A stretch of 64,000 bases of DNA, taken from contig CAVTPM010000004.1 in assembly GCA_963736655.1 (NCBI GenBank), positions 30,793-94,792 on the forward strand. Reading direction: 5' to 3'. The notes beneath the pieces are model-generated. The model made no database searches and had not been told where the DNA came from. It saw only the letters and a list, made by a program, of their open reading frames with translations. This document shows positions 1-9,595 of this stretch, piece after piece (within the stretch, counting starts at the first letter, position 1; every line of letters starts with the position of its first letter). The position numbers were made by a program, and so were the translations under genes. The DNA comes from an uncultured Actinomycetota bacterium (GTDB lineage: Bacteria; Actinomycetota; Actinomycetes; DATJPE01).

Positions 1-885
1 TGGCAGCGTTGCCGGCTACATCCTGCTGTCGCAGCTGAGCAACGTGGACCTGCGGACGCTGTTCTCCAGCGCCGACTGGCGGTGGGGCGTGCTGGCGCTC
101 GCCTTCTCGGCGCTCACCTACGTCGGCGCGGCCTCAGCCTGGTCGGCTTCGTGCTGCGCTCGCTGTCCTACGCCCGCGCGTTCCTGGTCCAGGTGGCCTC
201 GTCCTTCGTGAGCCTGGTCGCACCGCCCGCGGTGGGCGGGATGGCGCTCAACGCGCGCTTCCTCCAGAAGGCCGGCGTGGACGCATCGGTCGCCGTCGCC
301 ACGGTCGGCGTGTGGCAGGCGATGGCCTTCGTCGTCCACATCGTGATGCTGGTGCTCTTCGGGGTCGTCGCAGGGACCCAGGCCGAGACGTCCTTCGACC
401 CTCCCCAAGGAGCCATCCTGGGCGCGGTCCTCCTGCTGCTCGTCGCAGCCGTGGTGGTCTCGCTCCCGTGGGGCCGCCGCGTCGTGGTGGCCAGGGTCAC
501 CGACATCGCCGGCCGCGTCGTGCCCGCGCTGTTCGCCATCGCCCAGCGGCCGAGCAAGCTCGCGGAGGGGATCGGCGGGAACGTCCTGCTCAACCTGGCC
601 TACTGCGGCGCGCTCGTCGCCTCGGTGCGCGCCTTCGGTGGCGATCTCGCCTGGCCCGCGATCGCGGTGGTCTACCTGACCGGCAGCGCGATCGGCTCGG
701 TGGCGCCGACCCCTGGGGGTCTGGGCGCCGTCGAAGCCGCGCTGGCCGCCGGCCTCACCGCGGCCGGCCTGGACGGCACCACGGCCGTCTCGGCGGTCCT
801 GCTCTTCCGGGTGGTCACCTACTGGCTCCCCGTCGCCCCCGGCTGGGTCGCCTTCCAGTACCTCCAGCGCCGCGACGCCATCTAG
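1..885 (+). CDS. Lysylphosphatidylglycerol-synthase-TM-like (flippase-like / UPF0104) integral membrane protein; 5' end outside window; one frameshift near 125-135
   Basis: ORF 82..885 continues upstream in a second frame (GSVAGYILLSQ...YVGAA then LSLVGFVLRSLSYARAF...). Many hydrophobic helices and a PTPGGLGAVEAAL motif typical of this family. Confidence 0.6.
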   Translation, partial: WQRCRLHPAVAAEQRGPADAVLQRRLAVGRAGARLLGAHLRRRGLSLVGFVLRSLSYARAFLVQVASSFVSLVAPPAVGGMALNARFLQKAGVDASVAVATVGVWQAMAFVVHIVMLVLFGVVAGTQAETSFDPPQGAILGAVLLLLVAAVVVSLPWGRRVVVARVTDIAGRVVPALFAIAQRPSKLAEGIGGNVLLNLAYCGALVASVRAFGGDLAWPAIAVVYLTGSAIGSVAPTPGGLGAVEAALAAGLTAAGLDGTTAVSAVLLFRVVTYWLPVAPGWVAFQYLQRRDAI

Positions 886-1011
886 GACGCACGGTCACCT
901 TGTACCCGCCCTCCGCCGCCGCCGCCGCCGCCGCGATGATCAAGGAATCGTGCACCGGTCTCGTCGACCACATCGGTGCAGGATTCCTTGATCATCACCA
1001 AGGGCGCCCGA

Positions 1012-2184
1012 TCAGTAGACGGGCTTGCTCGGCTCGATCTGGTTGATCCACGCCAGGATGCCGCCGCCCACGTGCTGGGAGTCGGCGAACCCCGCGGACT
1101 TCAGCACCGCGAGCACCTCGGCGGACCGCGCGCCCACCTTGCAGTGCAGGATCACCGGCTTGTCCTGCGGCAGCCCCGCGAGCGCGTCGCCGATGAGGAA
1201 GTCGTTCTTCGGGATGAGGACGGCGCCGGGGATGCTGACGATCTCGTACTCCCCCGGCTCCCGGACGTCCACCAGGAGGAAGTCGGTCTCGCCCTTCTCC
1301 CGGGCCTCCAGCAGGACAGCCAGCTGGCGCACGCTGATCGTCGAGTCCTTCGCCGCCTCCGCGGCCTCCTCGCTGATCGTCCCGCAGAACGCCTCGTAGT
1401 CGATGAGCTCGGTGACCGGGGCGCCCGTGGGGTCCTTGCGCAGCTTGAGGGTGCGGTACGTCATCTCGAGGGCGTCGTAGACCATGAGCCGTCCGAGCAG
1501 CGTCTCACCGACACCGGTGATGAGCTTGATGGCCTCGGTCACCATGATCGAGCCGATCGACGCGCACAGGACACCCAGCACGCCGCCCTCGGCGCACGAC
1601 GGCACCATGCCGGGGGGCGGGGGCTCGGGGTAGAGGTCGCGGTACTGCGGACCGTGCTCGGCCCAGAAGACGGACGCCTGGCCCTCGAAACGGTAGATCG
1701 AGCCCCAGACGTACGGCTTGTTGAGGAGCACGCAGGCGTCATTGACCAGGTAGCGCGTGGCGAAGTTGTCGGTGCCGTCGAGGATCAGGTCGTACTGGGC
1801 GAAGATCTCGAGCACGTTGTCGGAGTCGAGGCGCACCTCGTGCAGCCGTACGTCCACGTAGGGGTTGATCTCCTTGACCGAGTCGCGCGCGGACTCGGCC
1901 TTGGACCGGCCGATGTCGGACTGGCCGTGGATGATCTGGCGCTGCAGGTTGGACTCGTCGACGGTGTCGAACTCGACGATGCCGAGGGTGCCGACGCCGG
2001 CCGCGGCGAGGTACATCAGGGCCGGCGATCCGAGGCCGCCCGCGCCGACGCACAGCACCTTGGCGTTCTTCAGCCGCTTCTGCCCGACCATCCCGACGTC
2101 GGGGATGATCAGGTGGCGGCTGTAGCGCATGACCTCGTCGACGCTGAGCTCAGCGGCGGGCTCGACCAGGGGCGGCAACGGCAC
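1012..2184 (-). CDS. moeZ: Adenylyltransferase/sulfurtransferase MoeZ (ThiF/MoeB E1-like domain plus C-terminal rhodanese domain)
   Basis: Translation reads VPLPPLVEPAAELSVDEVMRYSRHLIIPDVGMVGQKRLKNAKVLCVGAGGLGSP ... CxxC ... rhodanese tail LHCKVGARSAEV. GTG start at 2184 was found by codon arithmetic inside ORF 1012..2766; the 5' part of that ORF is R-rich junk. Confidence 0.9.
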   Translation of the reverse strand: MPLPPLVEPAAELSVDEVMRYSRHLIIPDVGMVGQKRLKNAKVLCVGAGGLGSPALMYLAAAGVGTLGIVEFDTVDESNLQRQIIHGQSDIGRSKAESARDSVKEINPYVDVRLHEVRLDSDNVLEIFAQYDLILDGTDNFATRYLVNDACVLLNKPYVWGSIYRFEGQASVFWAEHGPQYRDLYPEPPPPGMVPSCAEGGVLGVLCASIGSIMVTEAIKLITGVGETLLGRLMVYDALEMTYRTLKLRKDPTGAPVTELIDYEAFCGTISEEAAEAAKDSTISVRQLAVLLEAREKGETDFLLVDVREPGEYEIVSIPGAVLIPKNDFLIGDALAGLPQDKPVILHCKVGARSAEVLAVLKSAGFADSQHVGGGILAWINQIEPSKPVY

Positions 2185-2319
2185 GGCGGTACTCCTCGAG
2201 ACTGACAACGGGTGACGGGCGTCTGTCCTCGCCTCAACGGTGCCACGCGGGTGCGTTGTTCCGGACGGCGCGGTCCGCCCTTCGGACAGGAGGCGGACAC
2301 CACCTGGGAGACTCGCCTC

Positions 2320-3033
2320 GTGCGTCCCCTCATCGGCATCACCTCCTACGTCGAGCAGGCCCGCTGGGGCGTGTGGGACAGCCGCAGCCGCTCTGGTGCC
2401 CGTACGCCTACGTCGAGCAGGTCGAGGCGGCCGGCGGACTCGTGGTCGTGGTCCCGCCCAACGCCACCCACGCCCGCGAGGTGCTCGGGGCGCTCGACGG
2501 GCTGCTCCTCGCCGGTGGCGCCGACCTCGACCCGGCGCTGTACGGCGCCGACGCGCACGAGCAGACTCTCGGCGTCCGGCCCGACCGGGACGCCGGCGAG
2601 GTCGCCGCGCTCGGCGCAGCAGAGGAGCTCGGGCTGCCCGTGCTGGGCGTCTGCCGAGGCATGCAGCTGATGACCGTGGCCGCCGGCGGGCACCCTGCAC
2701 CAGCACCTCCCCGACGTGGTCGGCCACGAGGGCCACCGTCCCGAGCCAGGGGTCTACGGCCTTCACGACGTGCGCCTGGCGGAAGGATCACGCGCAGCGT
2801 CCGTGCTCGGGGCGAGCGTGACGATCGCCTCCTACCACCACCAGGGCGTGGAGTCGGCGGGCTCCCTCACGGTGACGGGCTGGGCCGAGGACGGCACGAT
2901 CGAGGTCGTCGAGGACCCCTCCAAGCCGTTCGCCGTCGGGGTGCTCTGGCACCCCGAGGTGGGCGACGACCCGCGCCTCTTCCAGGCCCTCGTCGAGGCC
3001 GCCCGCACCAAGCGGACCGCCCACCCCCGCTGA
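2320..3033 (+). CDS. Peptidase C26 / class-I glutamine amidotransferase-like gamma-glutamyl hydrolase (PuuD-like); two frameshifts (near 2390 and 2690)
   Basis: Three frames join into one homologue: LVRPLIGITSYVEQARWGVWD, then LWCPYAYVEQVEAAGGLVVVVPP...LGVCRGMQLM, then HQHLPDVVGHEGHRPEPGVYGLHDV...YHHQGVESAGSLTVTGWAEDGTIEVVEDPSKPFAVGVLWHPE. Catalytic Cys (CRGMQ) and His (HHQ) are present. Confidence 0.75.
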
Positions 3034-3090
3034 GGGTGACCTTGTGCACGCGACACGCGGCGTGTCGCGTACGTTTCGTCACCCTCAGCG
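3028..3090. repeat. 63 bp perfect nested palindrome, copy 1 (outer 13 bp stem CGCTGAGGGTGAC/GTCACCCTCAGCG, inner 10 bp stem CGCGACACGC-G-GCGTGTCGCG); bidirectional terminator-like REP element
   Basis: Lies exactly between convergent genes. The TGA stop of the + gene is inside the left arm (cgcTGAggg). A near-identical copy (1 mismatch) is at 53974..54036. Confidence 0.85.
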
Positions 3091-3093
3091 GGG

Positions 3094-3522
3094 TCAGGCG
3101 CGGGCTTCGGTCAGCTCCCTGACGGCTCGTGCCGCGGCCGCCCGGACCCGCGGCACCGCGTCGTCGGAGAGGCGGACCACCGCCGACAGCGCCCCATCGA
3201 CCTCGTGGCGAGCGACGACCTTGCACGCCATCTCACGCACGCGCCAGTGGTCGTCGGCCAGGGCGACGAGCAAGGCGTCATGAGCCAGGTCGTCGTAGGC
3301 CCACAGCAGGCCGCGGGCAGCCCACACCCGCAGCCAGTACTCCCGGTCCCGCCCGGCGAGGACGTTCTCCGCGTGCTCTCCGCCGAGCACGAGGACCAGC
3401 GCGTCGTCGACGTCACGACGCAGCAGCAGGTCGCGACACCCCTCGGCGACCGCCTGCGCACCCCGTCGCTCGCACTCGGCGACGATGCGCGTGCGCGGGG
3501 GTACGTGGCTGCGGCTGGTCAC
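3094..3522 (-). CDS. HEAT-repeat-like small protein (hypothetical)
   Basis: The 142 aa ORF has repeated aliphatic/acidic helical pairs (DDALVLVLGGEHAENV..., DDLAHDALLVALADDHWRVREMA..., DDAVPRVRAAAARAV) like PBS-lyase HEAT-like repeats. It ends 4 nt after the palindrome. Confidence 0.45.
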   Translation of the reverse strand: MTSRSHVPPRTRIVAECERRGAQAVAEGCRDLLLRRDVDDALVLVLGGEHAENVLAGRDREYWLRVWAARGLLWAYDDLAHDALLVALADDHWRVREMACKVVARHEVDGALSAVVRLSDDAVPRVRAAAARAVRELTEARA

Positions 3523-3656
3523 GCCAGGAGTCTGGCCCAGAACGTCGCTGCTCGCGGGACACTGATGCCGCGCTCACCGTCCGGGTTCGCCCGACGAACG
3601 GCGCCCGTCAGGGTGCCAGACTGGGGAGCGGAACCACCCGACGCTGGAGGCCGACG

Positions 3657-3857
3657 TTGCACGAGTACAAAGTGCTGACCGAGCGAGACAGCACGTTCAC
3701 CGGGAGATTCGACGCGGAGTCGCTCGAGGAGGTCCTGAATGAGTACGCCGCAGGCGGATGGCGCGTCGTCAGCGGATTCCTCGCCACCAGCGTCTGGAAG
3801 TCCTCGAAGACCGACATCGTGGTGATTCTGGAGCGCGAGAAGCCCGAGACCAGCTAG
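3657..3857 (+). CDS. DUF4177 family small protein
   Basis: 66 aa LHEYKVLTERDSTFTGRFDAESLEEVLNEYAAGGWRVVSGF...IVVILEREKPETS. TTG start sits 7 nt after a GGAGG RBS. The long upstream part of ORF 3129..3857 is an R/P-rich artefact. Confidence 0.6.
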   Translation: MHEYKVLTERDSTFTGRFDAESLEEVLNEYAAGGWRVVSGFLATSVWKSSKTDIVVILEREKPETS

Positions 3858-4757
3858 CCCACCCGGGCGTTGAGCAGTCTGGCCACCGGCGCGAGCTCCG
3901 GCCGACGGACGGACTCCTGGACGCAGCGCGCGAACAGCCACTGAACCTGGCGGTCGGGATCGACGCCCACCAGGTCGGCCATCCGGCGAGCCAGGCCCAC
4001 CGGGTCGGCGAACAGCCGACGCGGGCAGTTGAGCATGTGCTGGACGGAGTCGTACGTCGGGTCGCCGACGTACGGCTTCGGGTCGATGACCAGCCACGGT
4101 TCCCGTTGCGCCGCAAGGACGTTCGCGGCATGCAGGTCGGTGCACAGCAGCGCCGTTCTTTCGGCAGTCCGAGGAAGAGAGCGGAAGAGCTCCATGCCAG
4201 CTCGAACGATCCCGGGGTCCAGCGGATCGTCGGCGCCACCAGGGATCCCGCCCGAGGCCGCGTCGGCGTCGTGCTCTTCGGCCCACTGCTGACACATCGC
4301 GTCCAGGCTCTGGAACGGCCCGTCGACCGGCGCGCGCCAGAGCCTCCTGAGGAGGCCGGCCACCACGATGTCCTGCTCCTCCTCGGGCAGTCCGGCCAGC
4401 GTGTCACCGGGCTCGCACCGCTCGAGCAGCAAGGCGTTCGTGTCCTCGAACGCGCACACGTCGTGCAGCAGCACGGCCCCCCGACCCGCCCAGCACCGGA
4501 GCCCTTCGGCCTCATGAGCGGCCTCCGGGTGAGCCCACCCCACCTTGAGCACTGCCTCGAGGCCGGTGGCCGTACGTGCCGGCGCGACCCACGACACCGA
4601 TCCGCCTGGTTGGTACGGCTCACCGACGTGGAGCTCCCAGCGGTGCGGCAAGGGCACGCACCGTCTCGGGCAGCCGCGCCACCCAGTCTCGCCTCTCCTC
4701 CGGCCCGTGCTCGGCCACCGACGCGACGAGAGCACGCGGCAACGGCAGCTGGTCCAC
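3854..4757 (-). CDS. Aminoglycoside O-phosphotransferase APH(6)-like (streptomycin 6-kinase family); one frameshift near 4640-4650
   Basis: N-term LPRALVASVAEHGPEERRDWVARLPETVRALAA is in one frame and continues as (R)WELHVGEPYQPGGSVSWVAPARTATGLEAVLKVGW...LCTDLHAANVLAAQREPWLVIDPKPYVGDPTYD in the next. These match APH(6) Brenner/catalytic motifs (DLHxxN, IDP..GDP). One extra C (gcaCcgctgg) explains the shift. Confidence 0.75.
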
Positions 4758-5162
4758 GGACCCATCCTTCCCGGCGTCCGTCCACCAGTCGAGCCGCGGC
4801 TCCCCGCGCAACTCGACCTTCCCGAGGAGCTGGGTCGCAAGGAAGGGCCAGGGCAGAGTCAGAGGCCAAGGCCAAGGCCAGCAAGGTGGTGCGGGGTCGG
4901 CTCCGGAGCCCTCCCTTTCGGAGATTTCTGTGCGACCGTCTCGACGAATGTCATCGAACGGGGCGATCCAGGCCCCTCGATTGCACAGTTCGTGACCATT
5001 CGACGAAAGGTCCGCCGGATCCAGGGCGCGAGCCACGTCAAGACGGTCAGGCGGCGTCTGACCCAGCCCCGCTCCCCTTGCTGCGCCGTTGCCCGCAGCC
5101 CGGGACCCGATGACGCACCTGCGAGCGCGAACGCATGCGGGCCCCGACAGAATGAAGCCCTC

Positions 5163-5952
5163 ATGCCTGAAGGACACGTGACCCACGGACTCGCCCGCGA
5201 CCTCGTCCGCACCCTCAAGGGTTCGCCGGTTCACGCCACTTCCCCGCAGGGACGCTTCGCCGAGGGCGCCACTCTCGTGGACGGCCAGCCGCTCAGCGCA
5301 CGCGGAGGCCTGGGGGAAGTACCTCTTCCTCGACTTCGGCCACGGCCGCATCGTGCACATCCACCTCGGGCTGATCGGCAAGCTCCGCCAGGCGGCGCCC
5401 GCCGCACAACCCAGCGACACGGTGCGGCTGCGCCTGGAGAACGACGACCACGCATGGCAGCTGACCGGCCCGACCCGGTGCTCCCTCGTCACCCGGGCCG
5501 AGAAGAAGCAGATCTGCGCTCCCCTGGGCGCCGACCCGCTGCGCCCGCGACCAGACGTCGACCGGATGCGGGCGAGCCTGCGCAAGAAGAAGGCGCCGAT
5601 CGGAGGCGTACTCCTGGACCAGACCGTCATCGCCGGGATCGGCAACGTCTACCGCGCCGAACTGCTGTTCCTGCAGGGGATCCACCCGCAGCGCCCCGCC
5701 AGCACTCTCACCGAGGAGGACGTCGACGGCCTCTGGGAGGAGACCGTCTTCCAGCTCAAGCGCGGCCTACGGCTCAACCGGATCATCACCACCGACCCGG
5801 CCGAGATCGGGCGCCCGCTGAGCCGGATGAAGGCCGACGACCGGCTGTACGTCTACCACCGCACGCACTGCCGCCGGTGCGGCACCGAGCTGCAGACCCT
5901 CCAGCTGGCCGGCCGACCGATCCAGTACTGCCCGACCTGCCAACCGTCCTGA
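5163..5952 (+). CDS. nei: Fpg/Nei family DNA glycosylase/AP lyase (endonuclease VIII-like); one frameshift near 5300
   Basis: MPEGHVTHGLARDLV (N-terminal Pro2/Glu3 catalytic residues), then after a frame change EAWGKYLFLDFGHGRIVHIHLGLIGKL ... VIAGIGNVYRAELLF ... zinc finger CRRCGTELQTLQLAGRPIQYCPTCQ. Confidence 0.85.
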
Positions 5953-5972
5953 CCCCCGGACCCCCCGTCGGG

Positions 5973-6745
5973 CTACAGCGGGGTGACGTACGCCCCTGAG
6001 ATGCCGCCGTCCACGAGGAAGTTGGAGGCGGTGATGAAGCGACGAGTCGTCACTCGCCAGGAACGCCACCGCGGCGGCGATCTCCTCGGGCTCGCCGAAG
6101 CGACCGAACGGGATGTGCACGAGCCGACGCGCGGCCCGCTCCGGGTCCTTGGCGAACAGCTCCTTCGAGCAACGGGGTGTTGACCGGTCCCGGTGACAGC
6201 GCGTTGACCCGGATGCCCTCGCGAGCGAACTGCACGCCCAGCTCGCGCGACATCGCGAGCACTCCACCCTTGGACGCGGTGTAGGAGATCTGCGAGGTCG
6301 CCGCAGCCATCGTCGCGACGAAGGACGCCGTGTTGATGATCGAGCCCTTGCCCTGCCGCTGCATGTGGGGGATCACGGCCTTGCAGCCGAGGAAGACCGA
6401 CGTGAGGTTGACCTCCTGCACCCGCCGCCACGCCTCGAGCCCGGTCACCAGGATCGAGTCGTCGTCGGGCGGTGAGATGCCCGCGTTGTGGAAGGCGATG
6501 TCCACGCGGCCGTACGTCTCCACGGTCGTCGCATAGACGCGCTCGTTGTCTTCCGGGCTGGTGACGTCAGCGGCCACGAAGAGGCCGCCGAGCTCGGCCG
6601 CGACGGCCTCACCCGCCTCGGCGTTCATGTCGACGACGACGATCGTCGCGCCCTCGGAGGCCAGCCGGCGCGCGGAGGCGAGGCCGATGCCGCTGGCCGC
6701 GCCAGTGATGACGGCGACGCGGTCGGTGAGGCGGTCGAGGGCCAT
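5973..6745 (-). CDS. Short-chain dehydrogenase/reductase (SDR) family oxidoreductase; two frameshifts in the 3' third
   Basis: VAVITGAASGIGLASARRLASEGATIVVVD ... NAG ... YTASKGGVLAMSRELGVQFAREGIRVNALSPGPVNTPLL, with C-terminus ...FGRFGEPEEIAAAVAFLASDDSS / FITASNFLVDGGISGAYVTPL spread over two further frames. Confidence 0.8.
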
Positions 6746-6760
6746 GCAGGAGCCTCCGGG

Positions 6761-8138
6761 TCAGAGATCGGTGGAGAGAAAGACGTTCTTGGTCTCGGTG
6801 AACGCGTCCAGCGCGTCCGGGCCGAGCTCCCGGCCCAGGCCCGACTGCTTGAAGCCGCCGAACGGCGTGGAGTAGCGCACCGAGGAGTGGCTGTTGACCG
6901 ACAGGTTGCCGGTGTCGATCCCCCGCGCGACCCGGAACGCGCGACCCAGGTCGCGGGTCCAGATCGAGCCCGAGAGACCGTACGGCGAGTCGTTGGCGAT
7001 CCGCACCGCGTCGGCCTCGTCCTCGAAGGGGATGACCACGACGACCGGTCCGAAGATCTCCTCGGTCACGGCCCGGTCGGAGGCGCTCACGGGAGCGAGA
7101 ACCGTGGGAGGGAACCAGAATCCCGGGCCCTCGGGCGCAGATCCGCGGAAGGCGACGGGGGCCTCGTCGGGCACGAACGACGCCACGGTCTCCCACTGCC
7201 CGCGGGAGACCAGCGGCCCCATCTGGCTGGTCTCCAGCAGCGGGTCCTCGACCCGGACGGCCAGGACCGCCGGCTCGAGCAGCTCCATGAACCGGTCGTA
7301 CGCGCTCCGCTCGACCAGGATCCGGGAGCGGGCGCAGCAGTCCTGCCCGGCGTTGTCGAAGACGGCACCGGGCGCTGAGGCGGCAGCCTTCTCCAGGTCG
7401 GAGTCGGCGAAGACCACGTTGGCGCTCTTGCCGCCCAGCTCGAGCGTCACGCGCTTCACCTGCGCCGCACAGCCGGCCATGATGCGCTGCCCGACCTCGG
7501 TCGAACCGGTGAAGACCACCTTGCGCACCAACGGGTTCGTGACGAAGCGCTCCCCCACCACCGAGCCCTTTCCCGGGATCACGGTGAAGACGCCCTCGGG
7601 GATCCCCGCCTTGAGCGCCAGCTCACCGAGCCGGATCGCCGAGAGCGGCGTGATCTCCGCCGGCTTGAGCACGACGGTGTTGCCGGCAGCCAGCGCCGGG
7701 GCGAAGCCCCAGCCGGCGATCGGCATCGGGAAGTTCCAGGGCACGATCACCGAGACGACGCCCAACGGCTCCTTGAACGTCAGGTCCACGCCGCCGGCCA
7801 CCGGGATCTGCCGCCCGAAGAGCCGTTCCGGGGCCGCGCTGTAGTAGGCGAGCACGTCGCGGACGTTGCCCGCCTCCCAGCGCGCGTTGCCGATCGTGTG
7901 ACCGGCGTTGGCGCACCTCGAGCTGCGCGAGCTCCTCGAGGTGGTCGTCGACCACGTCGGAGAACCGGCGCAGCAGACGACCGCGGTCCGCCGGGCTGAC
8001 CGCCCGCCAGGCAGGGAAGGCCGCGTGCGCGGCGGCGATGGCCCGGTCGGTCTGCTCGACGTCGGCGAGGTCGACGGTCCGGACGACCTGCTCGGTGGCC
8101 GGGTTGACGACGTCGTACGTGCTGGCGCTGGTGGTCAC
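6761..8138 (-). CDS. NAD(P)-dependent aldehyde dehydrogenase; one frameshift near 7880
   Basis: N-term VTTSASTYDVVNPATEQVVRTVDLADVEQTDRAIAAAHAAFPAWRAVSPADRGRLLRRF is in frame of ORF 7623..9554, then ...VIVPWNFPM...LELGGKSANVVFADSDLEKAA...EEIFGPV... in ORF 6761..7855. GTG start overlaps the GS stop (GTGA at 8135-8138). Confidence 0.85.
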
Positions 8139-9502
8139 AGGCGCTCGAACCCCCGCACGCGCTCCCAGTCGGTGACGGCGGCGTTGAACGCCGTGACCTC
8201 GATCCGAGCCATGTTGGCGTAGTGGTCGACGACCTCGTCGCCGAAGGTCGCCCGCGCGAACGCGCTGCTCTCCCAGAGGGCGAGGGCACCGGCCAGCGTG
8301 TCGGGCACCCGCTCGGCGTCGGAGTCGTACGCGTTCCCTGTGAAGGCGTCCTCCAGCTCCAGGCCTCGCTCGATGCCGTCGAGCCCGGCCGCGACCATGC
8401 CCGCAACGGCGAGGTAGGGGTTGACGTCGCCGCCCGGCACCCGGTTCTCCAGCCGCAGCCCGGGACCGTGCCCGACGAGCCGGAACGCGCACGTGCGGTT
8501 GTCCGGCCCCCACTTGATCGCCGTCGGGGCGAAGGACCCGGCGACGTAGCGCTTGTAGGAGTTGATGTTCGGCGCGAAGAGCAGCGTGAGGTCCTTCATG
8601 TGCGCGATCTGCCCGGCGACGAACGAGCGCCCCGCTGCCGACATCCCGTACACCTCGTCGGCGTCGTCGGCCATGACCAGCGAGCCGTCGGTGCCACGGA
8701 AGCTCAGGTGGATGTGGCACGAGTTGCCCTCGCGCTGGTCGAACTTGCTCATGAAGGTCAGCGCGGAGCCGTCCTGCGCGGCGATCTCCTTCGCACCGTT
8801 CTTGTAGATCACGTGGTTGTCGCACGCGACGGTCGCCTCGTCGAAGCGGAAAGCGATCTCGTGCTGCCCGAAGTTGCACTCGCCCTTCGCCGACTCCACC
8901 GTCATGCCGGCTCCCGCCATGGCGTTGCGGATCCGCCGGATCAGCGGTTCGACCCGCGCCGTGCCGAGCATCGAGTAGTCGACGTTGTAGAGGTTGGCCG
9001 GCGTGAGGTCGCGGTAGCCGGCCTTCCACGCCTGCTCGTAGGAGTCGTTGAAGAGGATGAACTCCAGCTCGGTGCCGACGAAGGCCTCCATGCCGGCGTC
9101 GGCCAGCCGCGCGGTCTGCCGCTTGAGGATCTGCCGCGGTGAGGCGATGACGTCGCTCCCGTCGTGCCATCCGAGGTCGGCGATGAGCATCACCGTGCCC
9201 TCCTGCCACGGCACCTGGCGCAGCGTCGACAGGTCGGGGGTCATGACGAAGTCGCCGTACCCGGTGGACCACGACGACATCGCGTAGCCCTCGACGGTGT
9301 TCATGTCGACGTCCACGGCGAGCAGGTAGTTGCAGCCCTCCGTGCCGTGGTCGAGCACCTGGTCCATGAAGTAGCGCGCGTGCAGGCGCTTGCCCTGAAG
9401 CCGGCCCTGCATGTCCGTGATCGCCACCAGCACCGTGTCGACCTCGCCGAGGTCGACGAGCCGCTCGAGCTCCTCGACGGTGAGCATGCCGGGCTTGCTC
9501 AT
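8135..9502 (-). CDS. Glutamine synthetase family protein, type III-like (gamma-glutamyl-amine ligase; GlnA3/GlnA4/PuuA-like)
   Basis: MSKPGMLTVEELERL...GTELEFILF...NSCHIHLSF...NINSYKRYVAGSFAPTAIKWGPDNRTCAFRL... ATG at 9502 follows a GGAGG RBS. Intact, 455 aa. Confidence 0.85.
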   Translation of the reverse strand: MSKPGMLTVEELERLVDLGEVDTVLVAITDMQGRLQGKRLHARYFMDQVLDHGTEGCNYLLAVDVDMNTVEGYAMSSWSTGYGDFVMTPDLSTLRQVPWQEGTVMLIADLGWHDGSDVIASPRQILKRQTARLADAGMEAFVGTELEFILFNDSYEQAWKAGYRDLTPANLYNVDYSMLGTARVEPLIRRIRNAMAGAGMTVESAKGECNFGQHEIAFRFDEATVACDNHVIYKNGAKEIAAQDGSALTFMSKFDQREGNSCHIHLSFRGTDGSLVMADDADEVYGMSAAGRSFVAGQIAHMKDLTLLFAPNINSYKRYVAGSFAPTAIKWGPDNRTCAFRLVGHGPGLRLENRVPGGDVNPYLAVAGMVAAGLDGIERGLELEDAFTGNAYDSDAERVPDTLAGALALWESSAFARATFGDEVVDHYANMARIEVTAFNAAVTDWERVRGFERL

Positions 9503-9595
9503 GGAGCCTCCAGGGCGATCGAGGACGAGATCGACGAGCGGGACAACGGCGCAATGGTATGGAACCGCACCCTTTGGCACCAGGGTTTCGGCGGG

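Noticed and set aside
909-930. (GCC)7 microsatellite and nearby imperfect 16 bp inverted repeat (945..992) between convergent genes
   Set aside because: Short, imperfect, and of a kind expected by chance at 72% GC. Possibly a weak terminator, but no further support.
976-2205. 409 aa + strand ORF overlapping moeZ
   Set aside because: Antisense to a well-conserved MoeZ homologue. Translation is low-complexity D/E/R/G-rich with no motifs, a typical high-GC reverse-frame artefact.
2320-3033. Calling the frameshifted genes (C26 hydrolase, APH(6), nei and others) pseudogenes
   Set aside because: The same indel pattern affects essential and conserved genes throughout (mtrB, porB, rhlE). Sequencing error is the more economical explanation, so they are reported as CDS with frameshift notes.
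7623-9554. 643 aa minus-strand ORF spanning aldH and glnA-like
   Set aside because: Arg/Pro/Gly-rich nonsense over most of its length. Only its last ~120 codons (ALDH N-terminus) are real; the rest is an alternative frame of the GS gene.
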